This document shows, in pieces, positions 35,907 to 47,350 of a stretch of DNA of 64,000 nucleotides. Under the pieces are notes generated by a model, which was given only the letters and a program-made list of their open reading frames with translations, made no database searches and had not been told where the DNA came from. Both the position numbers and the translations under genes were made by a program. This stretch comes from Grus americana (Eukaryota): NCBI RefSeq assembly GCF_028858705.1, contig NC_072878.1, forward strand, positions 4,115,923-4,179,922, given 5' to 3'. Position 1 is the stretch's first letter. Every line of letters starts with the position of its first letter.

Positions 35907-36095
35907 GAGGCGGAGCTGTCGCGGCTGGAGCGGGCGCAGGCCCAGGAGGTGCGGGCCCAGCGGGCCAGGGGGGAGGCGGAGGCGGCGCGGGCCCAGGCGC
36001 TAGCGGACGTGGAGGCCTCGCGGGTGCGGGAGGTGGCCGCAGCCCTGGGGCCTGACACCATCCGCGACATCGCCCGGGCCGGGCCTGAGCTCCAG
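35907..36095 (+). CDS. MVP: MVP coding exon 15 ([63 protein letters not shown])
   Basis: Acceptor gctcccag|GAG. Donor CAG|gtgagc. Confidence 0.85.
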
Positions 36096-36329
36096 GTGAG
36101 CGGGCCGGGGGTAACCGGGGGTGGGGGTGGGTCCTGGAGGCGTGGCCACCCGGAGGGGGCGGAGCCTGCAGAGGGGTGCAGATAGGGCCTAAGGTGGTGG
36201 GTGGGGTCTCTGGAGTGGGTGGGGCTTTGCTGGGCGTGGCACCGCTGGGCTGCAGCAGGGGTGGGGCCTCTCGCTGGGGGCGTATCCAGCGGCCAGCACC
36301 GTGTGTGTGTGTGTGCGTGTCCCCCCCAG

Positions 36330-36473
36330 GTGAAGCTGCTGCAGGGCCTGGGGCTGCAGTCCACCCTCATCACCGACGGCACTGCCCCCCTCAACCTCTT
36401 TGCCACCGCCCGGGGGCTGCTGGGGCTGGGCCCACCCCCGGAGAGCTCTGCCCCCCAAGGCCCCACGCTCTGA
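36330..36473 (+). CDS. MVP: MVP terminal coding exon 16 ([47 protein letters not shown]), stop TGA 36471-36473
   Basis: Acceptor preceded by (GT)n then cccccccag|GTG. Matches human [32 protein letters not shown]. The 16 exons sum to 2565 nt with all splice phases consistent. Confidence 0.9.
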   Translation: MKLLQGLGLQSTLITDGTAPLNLFATARGLLGLGPPPESSAPQGPTL

Positions 36474-36539
36474 GGACCTGGGCTGCTAGGCAGCCCCCCT
36501 CTTCAGGGCCCCTGCATCCAGAGCAGCTGGAACCAGCAC

Positions 36540-36545
36540 AATAAA
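36540..36545 (+). terminator. MVP: MVP polyadenylation signal AATAAA about 70 nt after stop
   Basis: ...ggaaccagcacaataaagggagcaggtgg. Confidence 0.6.
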
Positions 36546-39289
36546 GGGAGCAGGTGGCAGTGGTGTTGTCTGCATGATGGTGTGATGTCACAGTGATGCA
36601 TATCCCATACTGGGGGCTGTGATGTCAGCAATGAGGGCAGCAGGGGCAATACCATCATAGCCCTGAGGAGGGGGCAGGAGACCATAAGCAGTTGGGTGAG
36701 GTGGGGGGGAGGAAGGGAAACTGACACTGGACAGGGCATGGTTTCACAGCAGCACAGCAACCCCTGTGTTGTGTCATCAGGTAGAAGTGATCTCATAATA
36801 CTCAACCTTGCTCGTTTGTCTCTGGCCTATCCAGTACTCAGGTGGGGGATGCCAGGGAAGCATCAGGCCCTCTGGCCCCTCTCCCATGTGGTTTACCTCA
36901 CACCAGTCTCACCAGTCACCGCCTCAGGGACACCCCCCCCCCCCCCCAAACCATGAGCTGGCTCTGAGCGCTGCACTCATCAGGAAGGGTTCAATAAGCA
37001 GGCAGGTCTGACTGCGCTAGTCACACCGCGGGCATGGCATGACCAACACACAAGCTATTTTCACATGATGGACCTTTTCTATCCGTCTGTTTTCCCCTAC
37101 TTGTTCCTCCCTGAATCCTCTGGATCCTTCCATTTGGTTCCTCCCCAAAACATCCTGTGTGATGCCAAGATGTTCATCCCCATGGCACTTACTGATGGTG
37201 ACAGGTTTTGTACCTGGACTGCAGGGTGAGGCTTTTCCCAGGACAGCCCTGGCAGCAGGTCTATGCCTTCAAGTCTGTAATTTGGGTTCCTGCCTGCAGC
37301 TGTGCCCCCACCCTCCGCTGGGCTGGTGAACAGGGGTGGGCTGATGAATCCTGTGGTAGGACAGGGAGAAGCTGCTGCAGGGCATTTTTTGGGGAGGAGT
37401 CCTCCCACTGCCATGCTCCATTGCAGGTATGTGGACAAACTTTTATCACACAAGTTGATTGCCCCCCCCCGCCCCCCCACAAGTTCCAGGTCCAACTTCC
37501 AGCCTCTCTCCTCGCACAGCCCTTCCCCTCCGTCCCTGCCACCCCAGCAGACATGCTTCCGGAGCACGAGGCTTGGTGCTGCTGCTGGCTGCTGCTTAAG
37601 GGGCTGGTAGGGCCCCAGTGCACAGCCAGCCTGAGCTGTACCGTAAATGTGAACGGCAAAATGGGCCGCTGCTCCTGGATTTGGTGAATTACCACGTCTG
37701 CATTACAATGAGGTGCATTTACACAGTAGTGCCTGTCCCTAGATCAGGAAGGCTTCCATCCCTACAAACCCCGTGTCCCCAGATTAGCCACTCTGCAGCA
37801 TGACACTGCACAATGCTGCGGTGCTCACAGGGCTGTCCTTCCTTATGGCTCCCTGCTCTACCCCGTATTTGTTGATGACGGCAAAGGCATCCTGCCCTCC
37901 AAATTGAAATCTCATACCCCCCAGGTACTTAAATGGGTCACACAAATGTGCAAACCCAGTCACTAAATTTTAATGGGCACAGCTCTGGTGGCTGCAAGGG
38001 CTGTCATTCCCCTCAGCTCCCTGCTCTGATCCATATTTCCTGATAGCGGTAAAGTTTTGCACTTCAAATTCAACCCCGCACCTCCCAATGCACTACCCAG
38101 TCCTGTGTGTAACCTCCTCAGACCTCTTGACCCATAGTACACAGATGCAGCTACAGAAAAAAACCACAGATATGGATATACATCTATGTATAGCTATACC
38201 TCACAAACTATTTTCATTGAAAAGAGCAGATGCTAATTTTACCATTTCTTTCCCCGAAGTTGCCTGCAGCACATTAGTCACTTTCACTGCGGATCACGAG
38301 CCGCTCAGAGTCTTGTGGCTGCTCAGGGACAGTGAGCATGGGCAGAGCTAGGTGCCTGTTTTGTAACGTAGCTCCTCCACCGACAAACTGCACTGTCTGT
38401 GTGCTGCAGGGCACAGGCAACAGGGCATCTGCCAGCTTGCCCCCGATCTCTTGGGGCAGTTGGCTACAACCACAGTCAGGTCACACCTCGGCTGCCCAGG
38501 CAGTTTTTGCACAATTAAATCAGGAGCATGAGGTGAGTGAACTACAGCGCTGGTCTGAAGGGGACACAGCCCGGGTCTAGGGGGTTCAGGTGACATGAGG
38601 AGGTCCCTGCACCTGCAGGGGTGGGATGTACCAGCCCTGTTGGCCAAGCTGGCCCCATGCCCCTGCACCGGGAACTGGCCTTGTGAATTGACTGCAGGTG
38701 TTGCAAAGGGCATGGAGGAGGCAGTTCAGGGGAGAATACACATTTGAGGCATCCCTGACATGACCTCTCCTCCCTGCACAAGAAGGGGAACAGTATGAGC
38801 TGCAGATGGGCAACAATGCCTGCAGGAGGCACCTAAGCAACAGCAGTTGTTGGAAGACCAGGAGACGGGCAAAACCTAACTGAAGGTCAGGTGTCAGGGG
38901 AGAGGAGCCTGCCAGCCCTTTTTTGAAGGCAAGGGGACAACAGTGTCAAATTATCAAAGATGGAGAAGAAAAACTTATCAGCCCACTTCAGTGTGGCCTT
39001 CTCTTGCAAAAGAGCTCTCTAACCCCATTACCTTCACTGCTGCAGCCTCAGCCATTGGTGTGAGCCATGGGCCACCAGCTCCACAGGAGCGTGTGCTTGC
39101 AGCAAAACTTGAAGTGTTAATGGCTCGCATGTTGGTACAGCCCTTGGCAAGACATGACAGAGCAGCCTGCACCTCCTGGGGGAATGGCCCTTGCAGGCTG
39201 GGAGTTCACTCAGCCCTAAGAAGCTGCTGAATGAGGCAGCAGAATGAGTGCTGGGATCTGGTGGAGAAGGTGCTGGAGGTGGAGAATCA

Positions 39290-39475
39290 TAGAGTAAGTT
39301 GGGCCAGAAGGGACCTTCAGAGATCATCTAGTCCAACCCACCCCACCCCCCCCAACCGTCATGGGTAGGGACACCCTCCACTAGCCCAGGTTGCCCAAAG
39401 CCCCATCTGACCTGGCCTTCAACACTTCCGGGGATGGGGCATCCACAACTCCTGTGAGGAGAGAATCCCTTCTCC
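39290..39475 (-). mobile_element. CR1 3' fragment
   Basis: gagaatcatagagtaagttgggccagaagggaccttcagagatcatctagtccaacc...gggacaccctccactagcccaggttgcccaaagccccatctgacctggccttcaacacttccggggatggggcatccacaac. Confidence 0.6.
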
Positions 39476-39676
39476 TTCCTTTCTTATGGTGGCAAAACAC
39501 AAGTCTGGCTTTGCCCATCAGGTTGTCTCAACCTAACTGCAAAGAAGCATCTTTGGAATAAAACACATACCTCTGGCTTGAGCATGTTCTTAGAAGATAA
39601 CAGAATGGCTGATCTTTTTCCCCCCAGATTTTCTTTTAGCAAGTGTATCTACAGCTACACAAAGCCTGTGGTAAAG

Positions 39677-39919
39677 CTACTGCTTTACTACAGTAATGTA
39701 AACATACTTCAAAGAAGAATACACTAATGGTTTCGGAGATGACTTTCTAGCAGTAAAACCAGAGCAACAGAGCATATCAACCTCTTCTGAGAGCTCAGGC
39801 TGTACATTTATCCTTGAAGGACATCTTCTGGCATACAAGACAGGATTGACGGCCTTCATTTGTTCTTCTCCTAATAAAGATAGTCCAACAATTCGAAATG
39901 AGGTATGAAATGGAACCAC
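39677..39919 (-). pseudogene. RABGGTB: RABGGTB-derived terminal exon (acceptor ttcttctcccag|GTG...). About 75% identical to human C-terminus, but with compensating indels and loss of the ancestral stop (about 40-aa extension)
   Basis: Minus-strand translation [50 protein letters not shown]... versus human [45 protein letters not shown]. The stretch CMPEDVLQ is readable only in the +1 frame, consistent with two small indels. Conserved splice acceptor present. Confidence 0.55.
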
Positions 39920-41414
39920 CTGGGAGAAGAACGTGTTTGTTAACCTCCAAAAGCTATCCAGCTTTTGTTTGTACAGGATGGAGCTTTTGTTTCTTAGCAA
40001 GAGAACTGCAAACTCCATGGCTGAAGACGATGCTGCAACTGAATAAACTTTTGTCTTGCCTGCAAGCACGCATCAGAGCAATTTCTGTGGCATGCATTTA
40101 CGGCACTATGATTTACTCAGAGGTGTTTGTAGATTGTTTCCTGCTAAGACCTAAGGCAATTTTCAACTCTGCATTCAGCAGGAACCACTCATGTATTCCC
40201 AATAACACATAATGGCATCAAACAGAAGGAGCAAAGATGAGAAAGACTGAAAAGGTAAATTTGATAACCTCCAAATGCCTCTTCCATAAATGCCCCGTTT
40301 GCTGTTCAGGAACAGTATAATCCTCTTCAGCAGTCTCCGAATATAGAGCTTTGCTGTAAAATCTTAAGAGGGGAGTAGCAACCTACTGTGCTATAAAACT
40401 GAAAGAAGAAAATACAAGGAAGGAAAAAAACCCAAAAAGAGACAGCAGCAGTTACCAGGTATCCAAGCACTCCTTCACTGCATTAACTTTCCCCTGAAGC
40501 TTCTATCATCATACAACTGCAAGAGGCTATTTAAAGTGTCATGACACGAGCACCCTGGCAGTGGAGTTAATGAGTCACTCTACAAAATCCTATCCACAAT
40601 TACTGATTTGGTCTGGTGCAGAGTACATCCTGTTTATCTGATAAGATCCACAATTTCCACTTACAAGGGTCCTATAATGCAGACAACCAAGCAGAATTAT
40701 CGTATTATAACCACACGTAGGAGCCTCAACGACTTATCGCAGCCTAGAAGGTCAAAACTACACCAGCATAACAACAAATCCTACTCCTCGGTGGTTTGGC
40801 AAACACATTACAGGTATGGTGAAAGCACACAGATATAAAAGAAGCAAGTAAGCATATAAGAGCCCATATTGTATTGTTTTTCACCATGGTTTGCATGAGA
40901 ATCAAGTTCTGGTAACCCATATGAAACCCATGTAAAATCCAATAAAACCCATGCTGCTAGTGGCAGTGGTGATCGACCCGGGAGAACCTTGGAGCTCTTA
41001 CTCCTACAACGCAGGGAGGAGGGAATGAAATAAATACTCTTCAATGACAAGGAAAAATACATTCAAGTCATCCTCGACAACAGGCGACAAAACACTCAAG
41101 CCCAGGTTTCACGCTGAACAACAAGAGCGATTAACCACAGAGTTCCTCGGCACTGCTGCCTTTTCCAGCCCGCGGATAGTTTCCTCGCTCACTGACAAAG
41201 CGCGCGTTACAACTCCAGCCATCCGTGTGTTGACTGCGCATCAAAGCGAACAACTCCTTTTCAGCTGCTGTGCAGTCAGATATACATCCAAAAAACCTCA
41301 ACCAGCGTAACCTGCAGACAGCCGTGTAGTTGGGAACTGCCCTGGAGAGCCGCAGAGCCTCAGAAATACTGGGGGAAATGCTCAGAAATACAGTGGAAAG
41401 AAACTGGAGTTGCC

Positions 41415-41501
41415 TGGGTCTCAGAATAATTCTAGAGCTAAAGTGGTGACAGACATCAGCTTTACATCAGGTAATACATGCCAACACTCATCACTGACCC
41501 A
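41415..41501 (-). ncRNA. SNORD45: SNORD45-like C/D box snoRNA, variant B, copy 1
   Basis: Minus-strand RNA tgggtcagtgatgagtgttggcatgtattacCTGAtgtaaagcTGATGTctgtcaccactttagctctagaattattCTGAgaccca. C box GUGAUGA, D' CUGA, C' UGAUGU, D CUGA, 6-bp terminal stem tgggtc/gaccca. Guide upstream of D is complementary to 18S rRNA GGUAAUUCUAGAGCUAA. Guide upstream of D' is complementary to (G)UAAUACAUGCC(A). Confidence 0.85.
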
Positions 41502-42542
41502 AGAAGGCAACCTCCGCCTGCCCTACCCAAGGCTTTCAAACGCAGCACAGTTTCTGCCCAAAGCAGGATGCTACTTCATTTGTAACACCGCTGACAGATT
41601 TCTTCCTCGAGATGGGACGAGAGATACATCACGCGAACAACCAAGCCGCTGTTGGCAAGCACTGGAGCCTTTTTCTCCGTATTGTTTTTCACCGCCGTTT
41701 GCGTGAGAAGGAAAATCAAAGACAGAACAGGTGGAGATAGCCTTGGTGAAAAAATAAGATTCAGGCAACGTTCTCTTCTTGGTTTGGCGTCCCTTTTTTC
41801 TTTTCTTTTCCCCCTCTTCAGGATAAGAGTACAGGCCAAATAAATAAAGAAAACTTAGACCCGTCTTCCGAGCATTTCAAGCTATTACAGGAAAAAAGCA
41901 ATTTGAGGAAGACAACACAAGAACTGGCTACTACAACCCTTCTTTTCTACAAGACACTAAAGCGTAGACACGCTACACGCGTATAATTCATACGTTCTGC
42001 ATAACTATATCCTTTCTATAGACACCACACAAGTATGTGACTATATAGCATAATATTGACTGTCATACACATCTCTGTGTATAAGTATCTACGAAATCCA
42101 AACCTTTCCTCCTCCCCTGGCCAGGCACATCTTTCTCCTCAACATACCCCCCGGCTTGAGGAGAATTCATGAAATCCACAAGCAGTTATCGACAAGATCC
42201 CGCTACGACCTGTACCTAAGCAATGTTTCGGGGAGACTGCTACAAAATTCACAAAAAACGCAGACAAAAAGCCACCAGTAAAGGAACATTGAAAGCACAA
42301 TGTTCCCAAATCTGACAATTCTCTTTAGGAGATGAATCCTAAAGTTGGGCCCATCAGATTATTGTTGAATAAGGTACCAAAACCGTTCTTGCCATCCATA
42401 TCCAACTGCACCCAGTTCCTAAGTCTGCAGTCCTCAAGATCATGAATTGCAAGCGGTTGTTCCCACAGCGACCCTGTCACATTTACCCGGACGTCCTGGG
42501 GGTCGACACAAGATGAGGATCACGACCTGTGCCGGCACTTAC

Positions 42543-42700
42543 CGCACCACGTGCGCTGGCGTGATCTGATGAACGCCAGAATTCCGTCTGCCGTCAGTCG
42601 GTGCAGCCGTCGTCCCACGGGATCCCTCGCTGTCTGCCCCCAGGAAACGCCGCTCGTCCTCAAGTACTCCCGACAGACTGCGCCCCGAAGCAGGGCATGA
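42543..42700 (-). pseudogene. RABGGTB: RABGGTB exon-3-like pseudo-exon inside array unit (copies also at about 45468-45625, 48386-48543, 51319-51476)
   Basis: Minus-strand translation CREYLRTSGVSWGQTARDPVGRRLHRLTADGILAFIRSRQRTWCG|gtaagt, versus human [45 protein letters not shown]. Conserved EYLR, SG, WG, LHR and ILAFI. About 45% identity in one frame, followed by a consensus GTAAGT donor. Confidence 0.6.
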
Positions 42701-43533
42701 TTTTTACTTCTGAATCGGGTAAGCACAGCATCGAAACAGAGCAAGGAAAATGCCTCAGTTAAATGTTTTCCATCCCTTTAACCACTCAACACGTACTAAC
42801 CGCTCATATGTATCACACGCACCATGCGTGCCTGTACGTATGCCTGCGTACGTACGGGCGCCTGTGCCGGTAGGTACCTTACAGCACTACGTTTCCTTCC
42901 CCCCCATTTTCTAGTCCAGGAGCATCAAGCTCAATGTCAAGTTGCACGCATGCTACTAGTAAAGCGCCAGTTCACTTCAGATCATCGGGCATTATCTTAG
43001 CAGCCAAACTAACACTCACATCGCCACCGCGACCAGTCTCAAAAGTAACGGGACTAACGTTCCCTGAAACTTACTGTCGAGTGCCAAAGCTGCCACGACC
43101 TGAGGTGGCACTACAAAGGGAATTCTCATATGCATCTCTCCTCTTGTCTGCCTACGTCACCCGCGAGCATCACCTTCTTGATGCAGTACTTACAACCTGC
43201 ATGTTTTCAGCACAGCAACAAGCAGCACAGGCAACAGTGCCTCCCCCTCTTTCGGGGACACGAAAAGTAACTGCAGCTTTCCCCACCCCCCCCTCCAGAC
43301 ACAAGCAGTTATTGACATTTTCCACCTCCTGGAACTGGAATCCAGTTGCTGTTGGGGGCGATGTCTGGTAACCCACGCCGATAAAACCCGTGCTGCTAGC
43401 TGCCGTGGGGATCGACCCGAGCAACCAAGCAGCAGTGCTGCGCCCAGATTCGGCACGTTCTCCCGTCACGGGAGCCACGTGCAAATACAGCTGCACCCTC
43501 CTTGCCGATAAAGGGGCAACAAGAAGTTCGCTT

Positions 43534-43620
43534 CCCAGGTCTCAGAGTAATTCTAGAGCTAAGCTGATAGTCTTCAGGTTTATGCTCAGCTAATACATGC
43601 CAACACCCATCACCGACCCA
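43534..43620 (-). ncRNA. SNORD45: SNORD45-like C/D box snoRNA, variant A, copy 1
   Basis: Minus-strand RNA tgggtcggtgatgggtgttggcatgtattagCTGAgcataaacCTGAAGActatcagcttagctctagaattactCTGAgacctggg. C box GUGAUGG, D' CUGA, degenerate C', D CUGA, terminal stem gggtc/gacc. D'-guide ggcatgtattag pairs with 18S CUAAUACAUGCC. D-guide gcttagctctagaattac pairs with 18S GUAAUUCUAGAGCUAA. Confidence 0.8.
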
Positions 43621-43784
43621 GGGGAACGAACAGAGCGGCTCCCCTTTGCACGTCACGGGGGACTGCTGGGCAAGAGAGGAGCAGCTGGGGAGCACGCACC
43701 AAACCAACCCCACCTCTCCACAAGGCACTGAGGGTTGTCGCTCTTAATAAAAGCACGGCGGTGCTTTCGTAAGGCCTTACTCAC

Positions 43785-43886
43785 TCGGTCACCTTTCCTT
43801 GTCCCAGGCGAAACTCCGGGAGAAACACGCGGCCCGTACGGCAACGTGCTCGGGGCATCAGGGTTTCTTATCGCATCCTTTCGCAG
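43785..43886 (-). pseudogene. RABGGTB: RABGGTB exon-2-like pseudo-exon inside array unit (copies also at about 46710-46811, 49628-49729, 52561-52662)
   Basis: Minus-strand translation ...RKDAIRNPDAPSTLPYGPRVSPGVSPGTRKGDR|gtgagt. About 85% identical to the ancestral copy at 53862-53969 and about 40% to human [35 protein letters not shown]. The splice acceptor is lost in the array copies. Confidence 0.6.
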
Positions 43887-44340
43887 CGTCGCGTTGCACC
43901 GCACCGGGAGAACCTTGGGGCTCTTACTCCTACAACGCAGGGAGGAGGGAATGAAATAAATACTCTTCAATGACAAGGAAAAATACATTCAAGTCATCCT
44001 CGACAACAGGCGACAAAACACTCAAGCCCAGGTTTCACGCTGAACAACAAGAGCGATTAACCACAGAGTTCCTCGGCACTGCTGCCTTTTCCAGCCCGCG
44101 GATAGTTTCCTCGCTCACTGACAAAGCGCGCGTTACAACTCCAGCCATCCGTGTGTTGACTGCGCATCAAAGCGAACAACTCCTTTTCAGCTGCTGTGCA
44201 GTCAGATATACATCCAAAAAACCTCAACCAGCGTAACCTGCAGACAGCCGTGTAGTTGGGAACTGCCCTGGAGAGCTGCAGAGCCTCAGAAATACTGGGG
44301 GAAATGCTCAGAAATACAGTGGAAAGAAACTGGAGTTGCC

Positions 44341-44427
44341 TGGGTCTCAGAATAATTCTAGAGCTAAAGTGGTGACAGACATCAGCTTTACATCAGGTAA
44401 TACATGCCAACACTCATCACTGACCCA
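44341..44427 (-). ncRNA. SNORD45: SNORD45-like snoRNA, variant B, copy 2
   Basis: Identical to copy 1, at +2926. Confidence 0.85.
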
Positions 44428-46458
44428 AGAAGGCAACCTCCGCCTGCCCTACCCAGGCTTTCAAACGCAGCACAGTTTCTGCCCAAAGCAGGATGCTACT
44501 TCATTTGTAACACCGCTAACAGATTTCTTCCTCGAGATGGGACGAGAGATACATCACGCGAACAACCAAGCCGCTGTTGGCAAGCACTGGAGCCTTTTTC
44601 TCCGTATTGTTTTTCACCGCCGTTTGCGTGAGAAGGAAAATCAAAGACAGAACAGGTGGAGATAGCCTTGGTGAAAAAATAAGATTCAGGCAACGTTCTC
44701 TTCTTGGTTTGGCGTCCCTTTTTTCTTTTCTTTTCCCCCTCTTCAGGATAAGAGTACAGGCCAAATAAATAAAGAAAACTTAGACCCGTCTTCCGAGCAT
44801 TTCAAGCTATTACAGGAAAAAAGCAATTTGAGGAAGACAACACAAGAACTGGCTACTACAACCCTTCTTTTCTACAAGACACTAAAGCGTAGACACGCTA
44901 CACGCGTATAATTCATACGTTCTGCATAACTATATCCTTTCTATAGACACCACACAAGTATGTGACTATATAGCATAATATCGACTGTCATACACATCTC
45001 TGTGTATAAGTATCTATGAAATCCAAACCTTTCCTCCTCCCCTGGCCAGGCACATCTTTCTCCTCAACATACCCCCCGGCTTGAGGAGAATTCATGAAAT
45101 CCACAAGCAGTTATCGACAAGATCCCGCTACGACCTGTACCTAAGCAATGTTTCGGGGAGACTGCTACAAAATTCACAAAAAACGCAGACAAAAAGCCAC
45201 CAGTAAAGGAACATTGAAAGCACAATGTTCCCAAATCTGACAATTCTCTTTAGGAGATGAATCCTAAAGTTGGGCCCATCAGATTATTGTTGAATAAGGT
45301 ACCAAAACCGTTCTTGCCATCCATATCCAACTGCACCCAGTTCCTAAGTCTGCAGTCCTCAAGATCATGAATTGCAAGCGGTTGTTCCCACAGCGACCCT
45401 GTCACATTTACCCGGACGTGCTGGGGGTCGACACAAGATGAGGATCACGACCTGTGCCGGCACTTACCGCACCACGTGCGCTGGCGTGATCTGATGAACG
45501 CCAGAATTCCGTCTGCCGTCAGTCGGTGCAGCCGTCGTCCCGCGGGATCCCTCGCTGTCTGCCCCCAGGAAACGCCGCTCGTCCTCAAGTACTCCCGACA
45601 GACTGCGCCCCGAAGCAGGGCATGATTTTTACTTCTGAATCGGGTAAGCACAGCATCGAAACAGAGCAAGGAAAATGCCTCAGTTAAATGTTTTCCATCC
45701 CTTTAACCACTCAACACGTACTAACCGCTCATATGTATCACACGCACCATGCGTGCCTGTACGTATGCCTGCGTACGTACGGGCGCCTGTGCCGGTAGGT
45801 ACCTTACAGCACTACGTTTCCTTCCCCCCCATTTTCTAGTCCAGGAGCATCAAGCTCAATGTCAAGTTGCACGCATGCTACTAGTAAAGCGCCAGTTCAC
45901 TTCAGATCATCGGGCATTATCTTAGCAGCCAAACTAACACTCACATCGCCACCGCGACCAGTCTCAAAAGTAACGGGACTAACGTTCCCTGAAACTTACT
46001 GTCGAGTGCCAAAGCTGCCACGACCTGAGGTGGCACTACAAAGGGAATTCTCATATGCATCTCTCCTCTTGTCTGCCTACGTCACCCGCGAGCATCACCT
46101 TCTTGATGCAGTACTTACAACCTGCATGTTTTCAGCACAGCAACAAGCAGCACAGGCAACAGTGCCTCCCCCTCTTTCGGGGACACGAAAAGTAACTGCA
46201 GCTTTCCCCACCCCCCCCTCCAGACACAAGCAGTTATTGACATTTTCCACCTCCTGGAACTGGAATCCAGTTGCTGTTGGGGGCGATGTCTGGTAACCCA
46301 CGCCGATAAAACCCGTGCTGCTAGCTGCCGTGGGGATCGACCCGAGCAACCAAGCAGCAGTGCTGCGCCCAGATTCGGCACGTTCTCCCGTCACGGGAGC
46401 CACGTGCAAATACAGCTGCACCCTCCTTGCCGATAAAGGGGCAACAAGAAGTTCGCTT

Positions 46459-46545
46459 CCCAGGTCTCAGAGTAATTCTAGAGCTAAGCTGATAGTCTTC
46501 AGGTTTATGCTCAGCTAATACATGCCAACACCCATCACCGACCCA
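46459..46545 (-). ncRNA. SNORD45: SNORD45-like snoRNA, variant A, copy 2
   Basis: Identical to variant A copy 1. Confidence 0.8.
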
Positions 46546-47263
46546 GGGGAACGAACAGAGCGGCTCCCCTTTGCACGTCACGGGGGACTGCTGGGCAAGA
46601 GAGGAGCAGCTGGGGAGCACGCACCAAACCAACCCCACCTCTCCACAAGGCACTGAGGGTTGTCGCTCTTAATAAAAGCACGGCGGTGCTTTCGTAAGGC
46701 CTTACTCACTCGGTCACCTTTCCGTGTCCCGGGCGAAACTCCGGGAGAAACACGCGGCCCGTACGGCAACGTGCTCGGGGCATCAGGGTTTCTTATCGCA
46801 TCCTTTCGCAGCGTCGCGTTGCACCGCACCGGGAGAACCTTGGAGCTCTTACTCCTACAACGCAGGGAGGAGGGAATGAAATAAATACTCTTCAATGACA
46901 AGGAAAAATACATTCAAGTCATCCTCGACAACAGGCGACAAAACACTCAAGCCCAGGTTTCACGCTGAACAACAAGAGCGATTAACCAGAGTTCCTCGGC
47001 ACTGCTGCCTTTTCCAGCCCGCGGATAGTTTCCTCGCTCACTGACAAAGCGCGCGTTACAACTCCAGCCATCCGTGTGTTGACTGCGCATCAAAGCGAAC
47101 AACTCCTTTTCAGCTGCTGTGCAGTCAGATATACATCCAAAAAACCTCAACCAGCGTAACCTGCAGACAGCCGTGTAGTTGGGAACTGCCCTGGAGAGCC
47201 GCAGAGCCTCAGAAATACTGGGGGAAATGCTCAGAAATACAGTGGAAAGAAACTGGAGTTGCC

Positions 47264-47350
47264 TGGGTCTCAGAATAATTCTAGAGCTAAAGTGGTGACA
47301 GACATCAGCTTTACATCAGGTAATACATGCCAACACTCATCACTGACCCA
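47264..47350 (-). ncRNA. SNORD45: SNORD45-like snoRNA, variant B, copy 3
   Basis: Identical to copy 1. Confidence 0.85.

Noticed and set aside
40270-40350. Minus-strand frame AKLYIRRLLKRIILFLNSKRGIYGRG resembling RABGGTB [24 protein letters not shown]
   Set aside because: Similarity is too weak and short to call an exon without alignment statistics. Noted only as a hint that further decayed exon remnants may exist between 39925 and 40930.
42555-42590. C-box-like motif cgtgatctgatgaacgcc on the plus strand inside the exon-3-like segment
   Set aside because: No matching D box (CUGA) at the appropriate distance and no terminal stem. It is the reverse complement of the coding-like region (GILAFIRS).
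43230-43400. Apparent similarity of a minus-strand frame (VENVNNCLCLEGGVGKAAV...) to the RABGGTB DGGFG repeat region
   Set aside because: Identity is weak. Its position in the unit (between the exon-2-like and exon-3-like pieces) contradicts the gene order, so it is probably chance similarity in GC-rich sequence.
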